A stretch of 62,395 bases of DNA from Candidatus Omnitrophota bacterium. Lineage in GTDB: Bacteria; Omnitrophota; Gorgyraeia; JABMQH01. Location: assembly GCA_028715645.1 (NCBI GenBank), contig JAQURK010000003.1, forward strand, positions 1 through 62,395, given 5' to 3'. Of the stretch, positions 1-11,701 are shown piece after piece. How positions within the stretch are numbered: position 1 is the stretch's first letter; each line of letters starts with the position of its first letter. The notes beneath the pieces were generated by a model that ran no database searches, was not told the DNA's origin, and worked only from the letters and a program-made list of their open reading frames with translations. A program made the position numbers and the translations under genes.

Positions 1-1
1 G

Positions 2-346
2 GTATGCCCTTTTGGCGCGATAAAGATGGGAGAAGACCGTTTGCCCGCAGTTGACATTAAAAAATGCACCGCCTGCGGCAATTGCGTCAAGCAATGCCCG
101 AAAAATCTTTTTGAATTACTTCCGATAGAAAAGAAATATTATGTAAAATGCAATTCTACGGACCCCGGATTTATAGTTGCCAAGGTATGCAGGTCAGGAT
201 GTATCGCCTGCGGGAAATGCGAAAAGGTCTGTCCGATAAGCGCCATTAAAGTAGAATCCAATTTATCAAGGTTTAATTACGGGAAATGCCAGAATATAGG
301 AAAGTGTTTAGAGGTCTGCCCTACGAAAGTTATATTAAAAAGATAA
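2..346 (+). CDS. 4Fe-4S polyferredoxin-domain protein (RnfB-like C-terminal part), 5' end cut by the window edge
   Basis: The frame is open from nt 2 (VCPFGAIK precedes the listed Met at 26). Two canonical CxxCxxCxxxCP motifs (CTACGNCVKQCP, CIACGKCEKVCP) and a degenerate third (CQNIGKCLEVCP). Confidence 0.8.
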   Translation, partial: VCPFGAIKMGEDRLPAVDIKKCTACGNCVKQCPKNLFELLPIEKKYYVKCNSTDPGFIVAKVCRSGCIACGKCEKVCPISAIKVESNLSRFNYGKCQNIGKCLEVCPTKVILKR

Positions 347-367
347 TTTGAAAGGAGAAATAAGAAA

Positions 368-690
368 GTGGGAAAGATAATCCCGGAGTTCACGGATAAT
401 AATTTCAATGAGGAGGTCATTGGCTCAAAGACGCCCGCCATCGTCGATTTTTGGGCCGTATGGTGCGGCCCCTGCAAGGCGATGACGCCGGTGATCGATG
501 AATTGGGCAGGGAATTTGAGGGCAGGGTAAAGATAGGAAAATTGAACGTCGATGAAAATCCCGGCGTCTCGCAGAAATATTCAATTTTTAACATACCTAC
601 GCTGATATTTTTTAAGGACGGAGTAGAGGCAGGAAGGCTGGTTGGGGTGAATACAAAGGAAAAGATCTCAAAAAGGATTAAGGAATTGTT

Positions 691-694
<4 letters not shown>
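368..694 (+). CDS. trxA: thioredoxin
   Basis: 108 aa with catalytic WCGPC (FWAVWCGPCKAM). GTG start preceded by AAGGAG. Confidence 0.95.
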
Positions 695-2835
<2,141 letters not shown>

Positions 2836-2839
<4 letters not shown>

Positions 2840-3728
2840 TTTGCGTCGTAGGCAGTTCGAATACGGATTTTACGATAAAGGTAGAAAGGCATCCTTCCGT
2901 CGGAGAAACGGTTATGGGGGAGGGGTTTTTTATCTCAGGCGGCGGCAAAGGCGCTAACCAGGCCTGCGCGATAGCCAGACTGGGCGGCCGCTCTGCCCTG
3001 ATAGCGAACATAGGTGATGACCGGTTCGGGCTTGAGAGGATAAAAGACCTGAGGCGCTGCGGCGTCGAGACCAGATTTATTAAAAGAGATAAACGGCAGC
3101 CTTCGGGCTGCGCGTTCATCCTTGTCGATAAGGACGGGAAAAACCGGATTACGGTAAGCCCCGGCTCAAACAGTTTTTTAACGCCGCATGATATTCTTGG
3201 AAAGGCCGCGTCAATAAAGGCGTCGGATATCGTTCTATTGCAGCTGGAGATACCCCAAGAAACCGCAAGGACCGCGATAAACCTGGCCAAGGCATACTCT
3301 AAACATGTCATCCTTAATCCGGCGCCGGCAAGGAAATTAAACAAAAGTCTCCTGTCAAAGGTTGACATACTGATACCCAATGAAATTGAACTTTTTGAAA
3401 TGACCGGAATAAGCTCGCCTAAAAAAGCGGCAACTTTGTTATTGAAAGCGGGCGTCGGCTGTGTTATAATTACACTTGGTAAAAAAGGCGCCCTTTTAGT
3501 CAAAAAAGGAACCCAGAAGTTCTTTAAGGCAAAAAAGGTAAAGGTTGTCGATACCACATGCGCGGGCGACGCGTTTTGCGGCGCCTTGGCGTTTAAACTC
3601 GACAGCGGCGCCTCGGTAGAAGAGTCGGTGGAATTCGCGAATACCGCTGCCGCCCTGACCGTAACAAAGCTCGGGGCGCAAACCTCTTTACCAACGTTAA
3701 AAGAAGTTATAAGGATACATAAGGATAC

Positions 3729-3738
<10 letters not shown>
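2836..3738 (+). CDS. rbsK: ribokinase / PfkB-family sugar kinase
   Basis: 300 aa. GGGKGANQA near the N-terminus and DTTCAGDAF (DTxGAGD-type) near the C-terminus. Confidence 0.85.
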
Positions 3739-3802
<64 letters not shown>

Positions 3803-3879
3803 TTCTTCTTCGCCGCTCAATTATGAAAAACTCCGGTGCGGCTTCGAAGAAACAAATTCTCCTTCCAAGAATTCCGCCG

Positions 3880-3908
3880 TTGACAATAATATAATTATAT
3901 GCTATAAA
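3880..3908 (+). promoter_or_regulatory. sigma70-type promoter of purB; -10 lies 8 nt before the ATG (leaderless-type)
   Basis: TTGACA (3880-3885), 17-nt spacer, TATAAA (3903-3908), then aaacctgt, then ATG at 3917. No SD. Confidence 0.6.
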
Positions 3909-3916
3909 AAACCTGT

Positions 3917-5209
3917 ATGATTTCGCGTTACAGCCTCCCAGAGATGTCCGCGATATGGTCGGAAGAGAATAAATTCCGCGTTATGCTGGATGTCGAGCTT
4001 GCCGCCTGCGAGGCCATGGCCAGACTCGGCAGGATACCCAAGCTCGCCCTCCGGAACATCACCTCAAAGGCCAGATTCGATATAGAGCGGATAAAGGAGA
4101 TAGAGAAGGCTACGAATCATGATGTGGTGGCCTTTATCGCCAATCTGGCCGAGAACATAGGCGAGGATTCAAAATATGTCCATATGGGGCTTACCTCAAA
4201 CGATGTCCTCGATACCTCTCTCTCAGTGATGATGCGGCAGGCGGTAGAGCTATTGATGGAGGATAACAAGCGTCTTTTGAGGGCCCTTAAAAAAAAGGCG
4301 CGAAGATATAAGACAACACCCATGGTGGGCAGGACCCACGGGATGCACGCCGAGCCGATTACCTTCGGTCTTAAGATGGCGCTTTTTTATGACGAATTCA
4401 AGCGAAACGCAAACCGGTTAAACAGGGCCGCCGAGATCATAAGCGTCGGCAAGATCTCTGGGGCAGTCGGCACCTACGCCAATATTGAGCCTTCTGTCGA
4501 GGAATTTGTCTCTAAAAAGCTCGGGCTAAAGCCTGCCAGGGTATCTACCCAGATATTGCAGCGTGACCGGCACGCCGAATACGCGGCGACCCTTGCTCTG
4601 ATCGGCTGCTCCATTGAAAAACTCGCGACCGAGATAAGGCATCTCCAGCGCACAGAGGTGGGTGAGGCTCAGGAATATTTTTCTCCGACCCAAAAAGGCT
4701 CCAGCGCGATGCCGCATAAGAAAAATCCAATTACCTGCGAAAGGCTCTGCGGGCTAAGCAGGGTACTAAGGGGCAACGCGCAGGCAGAGCTTGAATCAGT
4801 CGCGCTCTGGCATGAACGGGATATCTCGCATTCGTCGGTTGAAAGGATAATTATCCCGGACAGCACTATCCTGCTCGATTACATGTTCAATAAAATGATC
4901 GAGCTTATTGATAAACTTGTTGTTTATCCGGACAAGATGCTTGAAAATATCGGAAAGACAAGAGGGATCATCTTTTCCCAGAGGGTCCTCCTTGAACTGA
5001 TAAATAAGGGCCTCAGAAGGCAGGAGGCCTATGATATCGTACAGCGCTGCGCGATGGGCCTTAAAGAGGACGGGCCGGATTTCAGGCAAATATTGTTAGC
5101 AAGCGGCGAGGTGCGAAAATACTTGTCTGCCGATGAGATTGAGGCCTGTTTTGACCTCAGGTATCATTTGAAATATGTAGACAGGATCTTTAAGAAGGCG
5201 GGGGTTTAG
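3917..5209 (+). CDS. purB: adenylosuccinate lyase
   Basis: 430 aa with fumarate-lyase signature GSSAMPHKKNP. N-terminus MISRYSLPEMSAIWSEE is typical of PurB. Confidence 0.97.
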   Translation: MISRYSLPEMSAIWSEENKFRVMLDVELAACEAMARLGRIPKLALRNITSKARFDIERIKEIEKATNHDVVAFIANLAENIGEDSKYVHMGLTSNDVLDTSLSVMMRQAVELLMEDNKRLLRALKKKARRYKTTPMVGRTHGMHAEPITFGLKMALFYDEFKRNANRLNRAAEIISVGKISGAVGTYANIEPSVEEFVSKKLGLKPARVSTQILQRDRHAEYAATLALIGCSIEKLATEIRHLQRTEVGEAQEYFSPTQKGSSAMPHKKNPITCERLCGLSRVLRGNAQAELESVALWHERDISHSSVERIIIPDSTILLDYMFNKMIELIDKLVVYPDKMLENIGKTRGIIFSQRVLLELINKGLRRQEAYDIVQRCAMGLKEDGPDFRQILLASGEVRKYLSADEIEACFDLRYHLKYVDRIFKKAGV

Positions 5210-6205
5210 ATGCAAAGGCTCACCTACAGGTCAGCCGGTGTGGATGTAAGGAAGGCGGACAGGTTTATTGACATGATAAAGCCTATTGTCGCCAGCGGTA
5301 TCGGAGGCTTTGGCGGCTTTTTTAGATTTGATGTAAGAAAATATAAGCGCCCCGTTTTTGTTTCTTCAACCGACGGGGTTGGGACAAAGCTGAAGCTGGC
5401 CTTTCTAACAGGAAGGCACGACACGGTAGGCATAGACCTTGTCGCCATGAATGTAAATGATGTTTTATGCTCCGGGGCAAAGCCTCTCTTTTTCCTTGAT
5501 TATATAGCGACCGGGAAGATAGAAACCGCGGTGCTCGTCGATGTCGTAAAAGGCATAACAGAGGGCTGCAGGCAGGCGGGATGCGCCCTTGTGGGCGGCG
5601 AGACCGCGGAGATGCCCGACTTTTATAAAAAGGGTGAATACGACTTGGCCGGATTTTGCGCGGGCGTCGTAGAAGAGAGCCGGATTATAGACGGCTCTCG
5701 GACAAGGCCCGGTGACATTATCATTGGAATAGAATCAAGCGGCCTTCATTCAAACGGTTACTCGCTTGTCCGTAAGGCCTTTTCTAAAGGCGAACTCAAG
5801 CGCTACAGCCGGGAGTTATTATCTCCGACACGGATATACGTGCGGCCTATACTTTCTTTACTATCGACCATCGACTATGGACCATCGACTATTAAAGGCA
5901 TTGCCCACATTACCGGCGGCGCCTTCTACGGCAAGATACCCAGAATAATACCGGCCGGCGCGGCGTTTAATATTTACAAAGGGACATGGCCGGTCCCTCG
6001 GATATTCACGGCGATTCAGGAAAAAGGCGGGATCAGCGAAAAAGAGATGTACAGTTGTTTCAATATGGGCATCGGCATGGTTGTGGTTGCCGGAAAGGCA
6101 TTTGCCGCCCGCGCAGTAAGGCATCTTGCGGCGCTCAAATACCGTTCCTGGATAATAGGCGAGGTCGAAAAGGGCAAAGGAGAAATTAATATATGCAAGT
6201 GTTAG
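5210..6205 (+). CDS. purM: phosphoribosylformylglycinamidine cyclo-ligase (AIR synthase)
   Basis: 331 aa. Motifs YRSAGVDV, STDGVGTKLK, GIAHITGG. Confidence 0.96.
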   Translation: MQRLTYRSAGVDVRKADRFIDMIKPIVASGIGGFGGFFRFDVRKYKRPVFVSSTDGVGTKLKLAFLTGRHDTVGIDLVAMNVNDVLCSGAKPLFFLDYIATGKIETAVLVDVVKGITEGCRQAGCALVGGETAEMPDFYKKGEYDLAGFCAGVVEESRIIDGSRTRPGDIIIGIESSGLHSNGYSLVRKAFSKGELKRYSRELLSPTRIYVRPILSLLSTIDYGPSTIKGIAHITGGAFYGKIPRIIPAGAAFNIYKGTWPVPRIFTAIQEKGGISEKEMYSCFNMGIGMVVVAGKAFAARAVRHLAALKYRSWIIGEVEKGKGEINICKC

Positions 6206-7488
6206 TCATAGGTTCAGGCGGCAGGGAGCATGCCCTCGTGTGGAAGCTTGCCCAGAGCCCGCGCGTAAAAAAGATTTGGTGCGCGCCGGGAAACGGCGGG
6301 ATCGCCAGGCACGCGGAGTTGGTGCCGATCAAGGCGGAAGATATCGAAGGCCTTTTAAAATTCTCAAAGGATAATAAGATAGACCTTGTGGTTGTAGGCC
6401 CGGAAAGGCCGCTTGCCCTCGGGATAGTCGACCGGTTCCAGGCAGAAGGTATAAAGACGTTTGGGCCTACCCGGGAACTGGCAAGGATGGAGTCCAGCAA
6501 GGCGTTCTCAAAAGAGCTGATGAAGAAATTCAAGGTGCCGACCGCCGAATTTAAAATTTTTAAAGACAGCCAGCAGGCAAAGGATTATATAAGGACAAAG
6601 GGGACGCCTATCGTCATTAAGGCTGACGGGCTTGCCTTTGGGAAAGGCGTTATAGTCGCAAAAGAGAAAGAGGAGGCGCTGGGGGCGGTCTCAAACATAA
6701 TGGACTTCAAGCTTTTTGGCAATTCAGGAGATTCCCTTATAATCGAGGAATGCCTTGAGGGAGAAGAGGCCTCTATATTGGTGGTAAGCGACGGCAGGGA
6801 TTATGTGTGCCTGGCGCCGAGCCAGGACCACAAACGGATTTACGATGACGATAAGGGGCCGAATACAGGCGGGATGGGCGCATATTCGCCGGCGCCCATT
6901 GTCACGGACGAGTTATTTAGCCGCATCAACGAAGAGATTATTTCTCCGATAATAAAAGGCCTTGCGGACGAGGGCCAGTTTTACAGGGGCGTTTTATACG
7001 CCGGCCTCATGTTGACAAAGGAAGGGCCAAAGGTTCTTGAATTCAATGTGCGGTTCGGCGATCCTGAGGCGCAGGCAATACTTCCCCGATTGAAGACCGA
7101 CCTGGTTGACGTCATAGAGGCGTCGATCGACGGCAATCTGGGGTCTTTTGGCGCCCTTGAATGGAGGCAGGAGTCCTGCGTGTGCGTCGTCGCGGCCTCG
7201 GGCGGATATCCCGGGGATTATAAAAAAGGCCTTGAGATCAGGGGGCTTGAAGAAGTGGATGCATTGCGGGATGTTATAGTCTTTCATGCCGGGACACGGC
7301 TTGAGGATGGGAAGATAGTTACCGACGGAGGAAGGGTCCTTGGCATCACCGGCCTCGGCGAAGGTATCGAAAACGCCATAAACAAGGCCTATAACGCCGT
7401 TTCAAAGGTGAGTTTTGAGGGAATGTATTACAGGAAAGATATCGGCGCGAAGGCGCTGGCATTGGAACATGCGAGGATAAAAGTATGA
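6193..7488 (+). CDS. purD: phosphoribosylamine--glycine ligase
   Basis: 431 aa. MQVLVIGSGGREHAL N-terminus and ATP-grasp core. Confidence 0.96.
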   Translation: MQVLVIGSGGREHALVWKLAQSPRVKKIWCAPGNGGIARHAELVPIKAEDIEGLLKFSKDNKIDLVVVGPERPLALGIVDRFQAEGIKTFGPTRELARMESSKAFSKELMKKFKVPTAEFKIFKDSQQAKDYIRTKGTPIVIKADGLAFGKGVIVAKEKEEALGAVSNIMDFKLFGNSGDSLIIEECLEGEEASILVVSDGRDYVCLAPSQDHKRIYDDDKGPNTGGMGAYSPAPIVTDELFSRINEEIISPIIKGLADEGQFYRGVLYAGLMLTKEGPKVLEFNVRFGDPEAQAILPRLKTDLVDVIEASIDGNLGSFGALEWRQESCVCVVAASGGYPGDYKKGLEIRGLEEVDALRDVIVFHAGTRLEDGKIVTDGGRVLGITGLGEGIENAINKAYNAVSKVSFEGMYYRKDIGAKALALEHARIKV

Positions 7489-7964
7489 TTAAAGCAAAGG
7501 TTGCCATAATCGTTGGCAGCGATTCAGACCTGAAGGTAATAAATGAAGCGGAGGCCGTTTTAAGGATGTTTAAGGTGTCATATGATCTTAAAGTATTATC
7601 CGCGCACAGGACGCCTCGCGACACCGCCCTCTATGCCCAGAAGGCAAGAGCGGCGGGGATAAAGGTTATAATAGCGGGGGCCGGAGGGGCCGCCCACCTG
7701 GCCGGTCTTATAGCGGCGCATACAGCGCTTCCTGTAATAGGTGTGCCGATGGAGACCCCTTACCTGAAAGGTATTGACTCTTTGTTTTCGACGGTCCAGA
7801 TGCCCGGGGGCGTCCCTGTGGGTTGCATGGCCATAGGCGCCGCCGGCGCCAAAAACGCCGCGTTATTCGCGCTTGAGATACTAGCGGTGTCGGATGAGGC
7901 GATTTACAAAAAACTGGCTGAATATAAAAATAAGCTCGCCCGCTTTAGCAAAAGAGAAAAATAA
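7485..7964 (+). CDS. purE: N5-carboxyaminoimidazole ribonucleotide mutase
   Basis: 159 aa. Motifs GSDSD and AGGAAHLAG. Confidence 0.95.
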   Translation: MIKAKVAIIVGSDSDLKVINEAEAVLRMFKVSYDLKVLSAHRTPRDTALYAQKARAAGIKVIIAGAGGAAHLAGLIAAHTALPVIGVPMETPYLKGIDSLFSTVQMPGGVPVGCMAIGAAGAKNAALFALEILAVSDEAIYKKLAEYKNKLARFSKREK

Positions 7965-7967
7965 ACG

Positions 7968-9071
7968 TTGATTACGCAGGTACTTAAGATAGATCCAGTA
8001 AATCCGCAGGTTGAATACCTCGTAAGGGCCGCTGAGGTTTTAAAAGAAGGCGGCATAATCGCGTTTCCCACAGAAACGGTATATGGTCTGGGCGCGAATT
8101 TTTTCGATAAAAAAGCCCTGGATAAATTATATGAAATCAAGCGGCGACCCAAGGATAAACCGTTTACAGTGCATATCGCCGATCTTAAGGATATGGAGGC
8201 CTTCGAGTGCGAGGCGCCGCCCTTTGCGAAAGAGTTGATAGAAAAATTCTGGCCCGGCCCTCTTACGCTGATATTTGATACGGCCGCTTCGGGCAAAACG
8301 GGAATAAGGATGCCTAACAGCGCCATAGCGCGCGAACTGGTAAGGCAAAGCGGTATCTTACTGGCAGGGCCGAGCGCAAACGTATCAGGCCTGGCTCCGG
8401 CAAGGGACGCCATGGAGGTATTGAAACAGTTTAAGGACAAGATAGAGCTCATATTAGACGGCGGAGAGACGGTGCTTGGAAAAGAATCTACCGTGATAGA
8501 CTTGACCATATTACCGTATAAGATAACTCGGATAGGGGCGATATCAAAGGAAAAAATCGCCGAACTAGAATTTAATTTTTGGAAAAATATACAGGGCCCG
8601 GCCATAAAAAAGATACTCTTTGTCTGTACGGGAAACAGCTGCAGGAGCGCGATGGCCGAAGGGTATCTTAAAAAAAGGCTGGGCGAGGTTGAAAGGGACG
8701 ATATAGAGGTGGTTTCGCGGGGGATTGTGGCATCCAGCCTCTTACATCCCACAATCGAGGCGCTTGATGTGCTTAAAGCGGATAAGATAGATATGAGCCC
8801 TCACAGGCCGACGGTCCTGGCCGATGATGATATAAAAAGCGCCGACCTCATCCTGGTAATGGAAGAGTTCCACAGGGATGAGATCATTGAAAGGCTGCCG
8901 TCTAAAAAAGACAAGGTGTACCTGCTTGCGGAATTCGGCCTCTGGGGAGGGAGGGCGCAAAATACCCCCCTTGAGATTCAGGACCCGATAGGCAAGTCCG
9001 GGGGCGTATACCGTGATGTATATGGTATTATGAAAAATTCCATAGAAAGACTGGTAAAGATACTGATATGA
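7968..9071 (+). CDS. fusion protein: threonylcarbamoyl-AMP synthase (TsaC/YwlC family) N-domain plus low-molecular-weight protein Tyr/Arg phosphatase C-domain
   Basis: 367 aa, TTG start. The N-half has the YrdC/Sua5 pattern (GGIIAFPTETVYGLGAN, KRRPKDKPFTV). The C-half starts ILFVCTGNSCRSAMAEGYL (CX5R P-loop of LMW-PTP) and has a downstream DP motif (IQDPIG). Confidence 0.85.
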   Translation: MITQVLKIDPVNPQVEYLVRAAEVLKEGGIIAFPTETVYGLGANFFDKKALDKLYEIKRRPKDKPFTVHIADLKDMEAFECEAPPFAKELIEKFWPGPLTLIFDTAASGKTGIRMPNSAIARELVRQSGILLAGPSANVSGLAPARDAMEVLKQFKDKIELILDGGETVLGKESTVIDLTILPYKITRIGAISKEKIAELEFNFWKNIQGPAIKKILFVCTGNSCRSAMAEGYLKKRLGEVERDDIEVVSRGIVASSLLHPTIEALDVLKADKIDMSPHRPTVLADDDIKSADLILVMEEFHRDEIIERLPSKKDKVYLLAEFGLWGGRAQNTPLEIQDPIGKSGGVYRDVYGIMKNSIERLVKILI

Positions 9072-9502
9072 GAATAGCGGTGGGTTCAGACCACGGCGGT
9101 TTTAAACTGAAGACGGAACTGCTGAAATTTCTTAAGGCCTCAGGGCATAGGCCAAGGGATTTCGGCACATTCAGCGAAGAAAGCTGTGATTATCCGGTCT
9201 TCGCGGCGGCGGCGGCAAAGGCGGTAGCATCGGGCAGATTTCCGAGAGGCGTCCTTATATGCAGGACCGGGATAGGAATGGTGATCGCGGCAAACAAGGT
9301 AAGAGGCGTCAGGGCAGCCGTCATCCATGATGAGGCCTGCGCGGTCTCAAGCAGGAAGCACAATGATTCAAATATCGCCGTTTTTGGTTCCCGTTTTATA
9401 AAACCGGACAAGGCAAAAAAAATTTTGAAGATATGGCTGAAAACCCGGGCGGCCGGGGGGAGACATCGCCGAAGGGTCAGTCAGATTGAAAGGATAAAAT
9501 GA
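9068..9502 (+). CDS. rpiB: ribose-5-phosphate isomerase B
   Basis: 144 aa. [15 protein letters not shown] start; RpiB/LacAB family pattern with a Cys in ICRTGIGM. Confidence 0.92.
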   Translation: MRIAVGSDHGGFKLKTELLKFLKASGHRPRDFGTFSEESCDYPVFAAAAAKAVASGRFPRGVLICRTGIGMVIAANKVRGVRAAVIHDEACAVSSRKHNDSNIAVFGSRFIKPDKAKKILKIWLKTRAAGGRHRRRVSQIERIK

Positions 9503-10758
9503 AATTTTTAAAAAAGACCGATCCGCAAATCTATAAGGCGATTTTAAACGAGGCAAAACGTCAGAATGAAAAGATAGAGCTCATTGCCAGCGAGAATTTT
9601 GTAAGCGAGGCTGTCCTGGAGGCCCAGGGCTCCGTCATGACCAATAAGTACGCGGAAGGGTATCCCCATAAGAGGTGGTATGGCGGCTGCCATTTTGTAG
9701 ATATAGCTGAAGAATTGGCCATCGAAAGGGCAAAGGAGCTCTTCGGCGCGGAGCATGCGAATGTGCAGCCGCATTCCGGATCCCAGGCTAACATGGCGGT
9801 ATATTTTGCGGCCATTAACCCGGGCGATACGGTTCTTGCCATGGACCTTGCCTGCGGGGGCCATCTTACGCACGGGCATTCGCATAATTTTTCCGGGAGA
9901 TTTTTTAACATTGTCACTTATGGGGTGAGCAGGGAAGATGAACAGCTCGATTTTAATGAGATCTCGGCGCTGGCCAAGAAACACCGGCCCAGGCTTATCC
10001 TTGCGGGCGCATGCGCATATCCCAGGGTCATAGATTTCGAGAGGTTCAGGTCGATCGCGGACGAAGTAGGCGCGTATTTGTTTGTGGATATGGCGCATAT
10101 TGCCGGTCTCATAGTGGCCGGCCTGCATCCTTCGCCTGTCCCGCACGCGGATTTTGTCACGACCACCACTCATAAGACCCTGAGGGGCCCGAGGGGCGGG
10201 ATGATTATTTGTAAAAAAGAATACGCCAAGAGTATCGACTCGCAGGTTTTCCCTGGGATCCAGGGCGGCCCTCTTATGCACGTCATTGCGGCCAAGGCGG
10301 TAGCTTTCAAAGAGGCCCTTAGGCCGTCATTCAAAGCCTATCAGAAGCAGATCATAAAAAACGCAAAGGCCCTTTCCAATGCCCTTTCAAAGAAGGGGTT
10401 CAGGATCGTTTCCGGCGGCACGGACAACCACCTTCTGCTTGTTGACCTTACAAATAAGGGAGTTTCGGGGAGGGACGCCGCGAGGACCCTCGACAAGGCC
10501 GGCATCACCGCAAACAAAAATTTGATACCTTTCGATACCAAGCCGTCCTCTATAACAAGCGGCATAAGGCTTGGGACTCCTGCCGTAACGACGCGCGGAA
10601 TGAAAGAGGCCGAGATGAAGGTTATAGCCTCTGTCATAGGCGATGTCATAAGCAACATAGATGATCCCGCGGTAATACGCAGGGCAAGGAAGGAATTGGC
10701 AAAACTGACTTCGGCCTTCCCTTTGTACAAGGACCTTATAAAAAGGCTGAACCAATGA
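9499..10758 (+). CDS. glyA: serine hydroxymethyltransferase
   Basis: 419 aa with the PLP-lysine region [15 protein letters not shown]. Confidence 0.98.
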   Translation: MKFLKKTDPQIYKAILNEAKRQNEKIELIASENFVSEAVLEAQGSVMTNKYAEGYPHKRWYGGCHFVDIAEELAIERAKELFGAEHANVQPHSGSQANMAVYFAAINPGDTVLAMDLACGGHLTHGHSHNFSGRFFNIVTYGVSREDEQLDFNEISALAKKHRPRLILAGACAYPRVIDFERFRSIADEVGAYLFVDMAHIAGLIVAGLHPSPVPHADFVTTTTHKTLRGPRGGMIICKKEYAKSIDSQVFPGIQGGPLMHVIAAKAVAFKEALRPSFKAYQKQIIKNAKALSNALSKKGFRIVSGGTDNHLLLVDLTNKGVSGRDAARTLDKAGITANKNLIPFDTKPSSITSGIRLGTPAVTTRGMKEAEMKVIASVIGDVISNIDDPAVIRRARKELAKLTSAFPLYKDLIKRLNQ

Positions 10759-11201
10759 AAATAAAACGGCCGGGATGGGACGAATATTTCCTGGAAGTCG
10801 CGAACCTCGTTTCAAAACGGGCGACTTGCCTCAGGCGGCGCGTTGGCGCGGTCCTTGTAAAAGATAAAAAGATCCTGGCAACGGGTTACAACGGCGCGCC
10901 CAGCGGCATTACCCATTGTGAGACGGCGGGCTGCCTCAGGCAGAGGCTGCGCGTCCCTTCGGGGGAGCGGCATGAGCTATGCCGCGGCCTGCACGCCGAA
11001 CAGAATGTCCTGCTCCAGGCCGCATTATACGGGGTAGGCACAAAGGATAGCACCCTCTATGTGACCAACCAGCCGTGTATCATCTGCGCCAAGATGATCA
11101 TAAATGCCGGAATAAAAGAAATAGTTTTCCTCGGCGCCTATCCTGACAAGATGGCCCGGGAATTCTTAAAAGCCGCTAAGATCAAATTAAGAAAAATATG
11201 A
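10755..11201 (+). CDS. dCMP deaminase (ComEB-type)
   Basis: 148 aa with zinc motifs HAEQN and PCIICAKMI. Confidence 0.9.
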   Translation: MKIKRPGWDEYFLEVANLVSKRATCLRRRVGAVLVKDKKILATGYNGAPSGITHCETAGCLRQRLRVPSGERHELCRGLHAEQNVLLQAALYGVGTKDSTLYVTNQPCIICAKMIINAGIKEIVFLGAYPDKMAREFLKAAKIKLRKI

Positions 11202-11701
11202 AATGCCCTTTTTGCCAGAAGATCATAAATAAGGTAGTCGACTCACGGGTGAGCCAGAACGGAAGGGCCATACGGCGCAGAAGGGAATGCCTCAAGTGCG
11301 GTAAACGGTTTACCACATATGAATATATAGAAGAAACGCCGCTTATGGTCATAAAAAAGGACGGGCGGAGAGAGGCGTTTGACAGAAATAAATTGCTGGC
11401 CGGGGTAGTAAAGGCCTGCGAGAAAAGGCCAATCAGCATGGAGAGGCTTGAAAAATTAACGAATTATGTTGAGAGGGCCATTCAAAAGACATTCCAGAGA
11501 GAGGTCAGGTCAAAGGCGATAGGGGAGCTTGTAATGAAAAGGCTTTATGATCTGGATGAGGTCGCGTATGTAAGGTTTGCCTCGGTTTACAGGCAGTTTA
11601 AAGATGTGAATCAATTTATGAAGGAAATAAAGCACCTCTTAAAAACGGTCCTTTTATTCCCCTTCGGCTGGTATATTGCTTTTCAGCTTGGCCTTTTTTA
11701 G
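11198..11701 (+). CDS. nrdR: transcriptional repressor NrdR
   Basis: Zinc ribbon MKCPFCQ...[10 protein letters not shown], then an ATP-cone. The last ~18 codons run into the convergent gene (48-nt overlap). Confidence 0.93.
   Translation: MKCPFCQKIINKVVDSRVSQNGRAIRRRRECLKCGKRFTTYEYIEETPLMVIKKDGRREAFDRNKLLAGVVKACEKRPISMERLEKLTNYVERAIQKTFQREVRSKAIGELVMKRLYDLDEVAYVRFASVYRQFKDVNQFMKEIKHLLKTVLLFPFGWYIAFQLGLF

Noticed and set aside
3803-3916. Purine riboswitch or mobile-element junction between tRNA-Met and purB
   Set aside because: It is only 114 nt, and half is taken by the promoter. I see only an imperfect bulged hairpin (TTCTTCGCCGC / GCGGCTTCGAAGAA) and no purine-riboswitch-like conserved loops. 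There is no integrase or direct repeat of the tRNA 3' end.
7904-8752. 282-aa ORF on the minus strand
   Set aside because: It is antisense to the TsaC/phosphatase fusion gene and has low-complexity Ser-rich composition. It is a shadow ORF.
9544-10281. 245-aa ORF on the minus strand (other antisense ORFs also lie in glyA)
   Set aside because: It is antisense to glyA, which is unambiguous. Its Arg/Pro/Gly-rich composition is typical of out-of-frame antisense translation.
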